Positions 19,300 to 21,386 of a DNA stretch of 21,386 bases are shown piece after piece. The stretch spans positions 1-21,386 of the forward strand of contig JAYWEM010000098.1 in NCBI GenBank assembly GCA_043779265.1, written 5' to 3'. A program made the translations under genes and the position numbers. The first letter of the stretch is position 1, and every line of letters starts with the position of its first letter. The DNA comes from a bacterium (GTDB lineage Bacteria > Eisenbacteria > RBG-16-71-46). The notes beneath the pieces are model-generated. The model was given only the letters and a program-made list of their open reading frames with translations, was not told the DNA's origin and did not search any database.

Positions 19300-20543
19300 G
19301 CCTGCTGTGGAATGGCTATCGACTACTGGCTCCGGCGCTCGGGGCACTCGCACCCGCGGCGCGGATGTTCGCCTCTCCTCTCGAGCGACCGCTGTGGGGC
19401 GAGCGGATGGGGGATGTCCATGCGACGGGCGGCGTGCATGCCTGGGTGCATGCCGCATCGCTCGGGGAGAGCTCGGCCGTGGCGCCGCTGTTGGTGGCCC
19501 TGCGCTCCGCTCAGCCCCATGCTCGCATCTGGTGCACGTCGACGACCCGAACGGGACGCGAGCGGCTCCTTCGAACCGGCGTGCCCTGCTCGCTCGCGCC
19601 GATCGATTCGCCCCAGGCGGCGCGCCGATTCTTCCGAGGGATCAGGCCCGAGCGCGTGTTGTTGATCGAGACCGAGCTGTGGCCGCACTGGCTGATGCGT
19701 GCGCGCGCCGACGGCGTTCCGGTCGCGATCGTGAGCGCGCGGCTCTCGGAGAGGTCGGTGCGGCGCTATCAGTCGCTCGGCCCCGGCCTGCGCGAACTCG
19801 TCGCTGGACTTGCGGCCATCCTCTGTCAGAGCGATGCGGATGCCGAGCGCTGGCAGGCGATCGGTGCAACGCCATCTCGTCTCTCGGTCGTCGGCAATCT
19901 CAAGGAGGATGGACTTCCCTCCGCCAGCGAGGATCGTATCGCCGAGAGGCGACTGCTCGGACTGGATCCGGCCCGTCCCGTGCTCGTGCTGGGTTCCGTG
20001 CGGCCGGGTGAGGTGCGTCTTCTGTCGAGGGCGTGGCGGAGCCTGCCCGATCGCGTGCGCGAGCACTGGCAGGTCGTGAGCGTGCCGCGCCACCCCAAGG
20101 CGCTCGAGGAGCTGCAGAGCGAAGCCGCCGCGGGGGGTGTCGAGGTGGCGAATGGGGCGACTGCGAGCGCGTGGCGATGGGACGCGCGGACCGGTGTGCT
20201 GGCGGATTGGTATCGCGTTGCCGAGGTGGCGTTCGTGGGCGGCAGTCTGGCCCCTTATGGCGGTCACAACCCGATGGAGCCGGCGGCCTGTGGTGCGGCC
20301 GTGCTCATGGGACCCCATCATGCGAGCCAGCGGCCGGCCGTCGAGGCGCTCCAGAAGGCCGGGGGACTCCGGGTCGTGGCTGCCGGAGCCGAGCTCGCCG
20401 CGGCGCTGGCGTCGGTTCTCGGCGATCCCGCGGTGAGGCGCCGGATGGGCGACGCTGCATCCGAAGTCGCGCGATCGAGGCGCGGCGCCGCTCGTCGAAC
20501 CGTGCACGCACTGATGAAGGGGGGGCTGTGGCCGGTCGCGTGA
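19296..20543 (+). CDS. waaA: 3-deoxy-D-manno-octulosonic acid (Kdo) transferase
   Basis: WVHAASLGE, ETELWP, ARLSERS, GNLK, VPRHP, FVGGSL and GGHNPMEPA. Confidence 0.95.
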   Translation: MSLLWNGYRLLAPALGALAPAARMFASPLERPLWGERMGDVHATGGVHAWVHAASLGESSAVAPLLVALRSAQPHARIWCTSTTRTGRERLLRTGVPCSLAPIDSPQAARRFFRGIRPERVLLIETELWPHWLMRARADGVPVAIVSARLSERSVRRYQSLGPGLRELVAGLAAILCQSDADAERWQAIGATPSRLSVVGNLKEDGLPSASEDRIAERRLLGLDPARPVLVLGSVRPGEVRLLSRAWRSLPDRVREHWQVVSVPRHPKALEELQSEAAAGGVEVANGATASAWRWDARTGVLADWYRVAEVAFVGGSLAPYGGHNPMEPAACGAAVLMGPHHASQRPAVEALQKAGGLRVVAAGAELAAALASVLGDPAVRRRMGDAASEVARSRRGAARRTVHALMKGGLWPVA

Positions 20544-21386
20544 ATCCATTGCTCGACCTCGCGGCGCGTGGCTTCGGGCTCGGGATCGAGCTGCGTCGTC
20601 GGGCTCGTGCAGCCGGTCTGACACGCGGTCATCGGGTGGCCGCTCGTGTCATCAGCATCGGGAATCTGACCGTCGGAGGCGCGGGCAAGACGACGCTGAC
20701 GCTGTACTTGGCACAGCAGGCACGGGCTCGTGGCATCGCAGCGTCGGTGGTGTGCCGCCGCTACCGACCGGGCCCGGCGGGCTCGAGCGATGAGGAGTTG
20801 CTCTATCGCGCCGCGATCGGAGCCGACGCGGTTCATGCCGGTCGATCGAAGTGGCGTCTCGCGGAGGCCGCCGCGGCCTCCGGCTCCTCCCTCGTGTTCG
20901 TGGACGATGGTTTCTCGCACTGGGCGCTCGAGCGCGACGTCGAAGTGGTGCTCGTGGACGCCACGGATCCCTTCGGTGGCGGGCGCCTGCTCCCGGCTGG
21001 TCGGCTGCGCGAACCGTTGCGGGCGTTGGAGCGCGCCACCTGGGTGATCGTGTCGCGAGCGGCGGATCCCGAGGTCGCGCGGTCGGTGACCGAGGCCGTG
21101 AAGCCCTACGCGCCGGCTGCACGATTCGCTGCCGGGCACCACGCTCTGACCGGCATCACGACGCTCGGAGGTGAACCGAGCGCGGCACGCGGCCGGGCCC
21201 ATGTCGTGACGGCGACCGGAAACCCCGAGGCGGTCGTGGCGAGCGCTCGTGCCGCCGGGTTCGCCCCCGTGACGCTGGCGGCCTACCGCGACCATCACTG
21301 GTTCTCCAAACGCGAGGCGGCGCGCGAGCGTGCCGCTTCGGGCGACGGCTGTGTGCTGCTCACGCGCAAGGATGCGGTACGGTGGC
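20540..21386 (+). CDS. lpxK: Tetraacyldisaccharide 4'-kinase LpxK, 5' partial (runs off the window)
   Basis: Absent from the ORF track because it has no stop in the window. Translated by hand from GTG 20540: VISIGNLTVGGAGKTT, SDEE, VDDGFSH, LLPAGRLRE, TGNP, RDHHWF and LLTRKDAVR. Confidence 0.92.
   Translation, partial: MNPLLDLAARGFGLGIELRRRARAAGLTRGHRVAARVISIGNLTVGGAGKTTLTLYLAQQARARGIAASVVCRRYRPGPAGSSDEELLYRAAIGADAVHAGRSKWRLAEAAAASGSSLVFVDDGFSHWALERDVEVVLVDATDPFGGGRLLPAGRLREPLRALERATWVIVSRAADPEVARSVTEAVKPYAPAARFAAGHHALTGITTLGGEPSAARGRAHVVTATGNPEAVVASARAAGFAPVTLAAYRDHHWFSKREAARERAASGDGCVLLTRKDAVRW

Overview
GC-rich bacterial chromosomal window with all real genes on the + strand. It holds the end of a purine operon (3' part of purQ, a tandem PurS-like gene, purF), followed by a tightly packed envelope and proteostasis cluster: lysS, a LolC/E/F-family permease, lolD, mcsA, mcsB (protein-arginine kinase), clpC, then a hairpin and probable promoter, then bamA, skp, lpxD, a fused lpxC-fabZ, lpxA, a GnnA-like Gfo/Idh/MocA oxidoreductase, lpxB, a DUF374 (LpxJ-like) acyltransferase, waaA and lpxK (truncated by the window edge). 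The organism is a diderm LPS producer. The LpxC-FabZ fusion suggests the FCB supergroup or relatives, but that is inference. Three things stand out: a McsA-McsB-ClpC phospho-arginine degradation module with no adjacent ctsR, embedded among Lol, Bam and lipid A genes; a GnnA-like dehydrogenase without an adjacent GnnB, next to an LpxA with atypical active-site residues, hinting at diaminoglucose lipid A; and a single-chain double-PurS protein. No mobile elements, CRISPR arrays, rRNA or tRNA genes were seen. All calls come from motif recognition by eye; no database searches were run.
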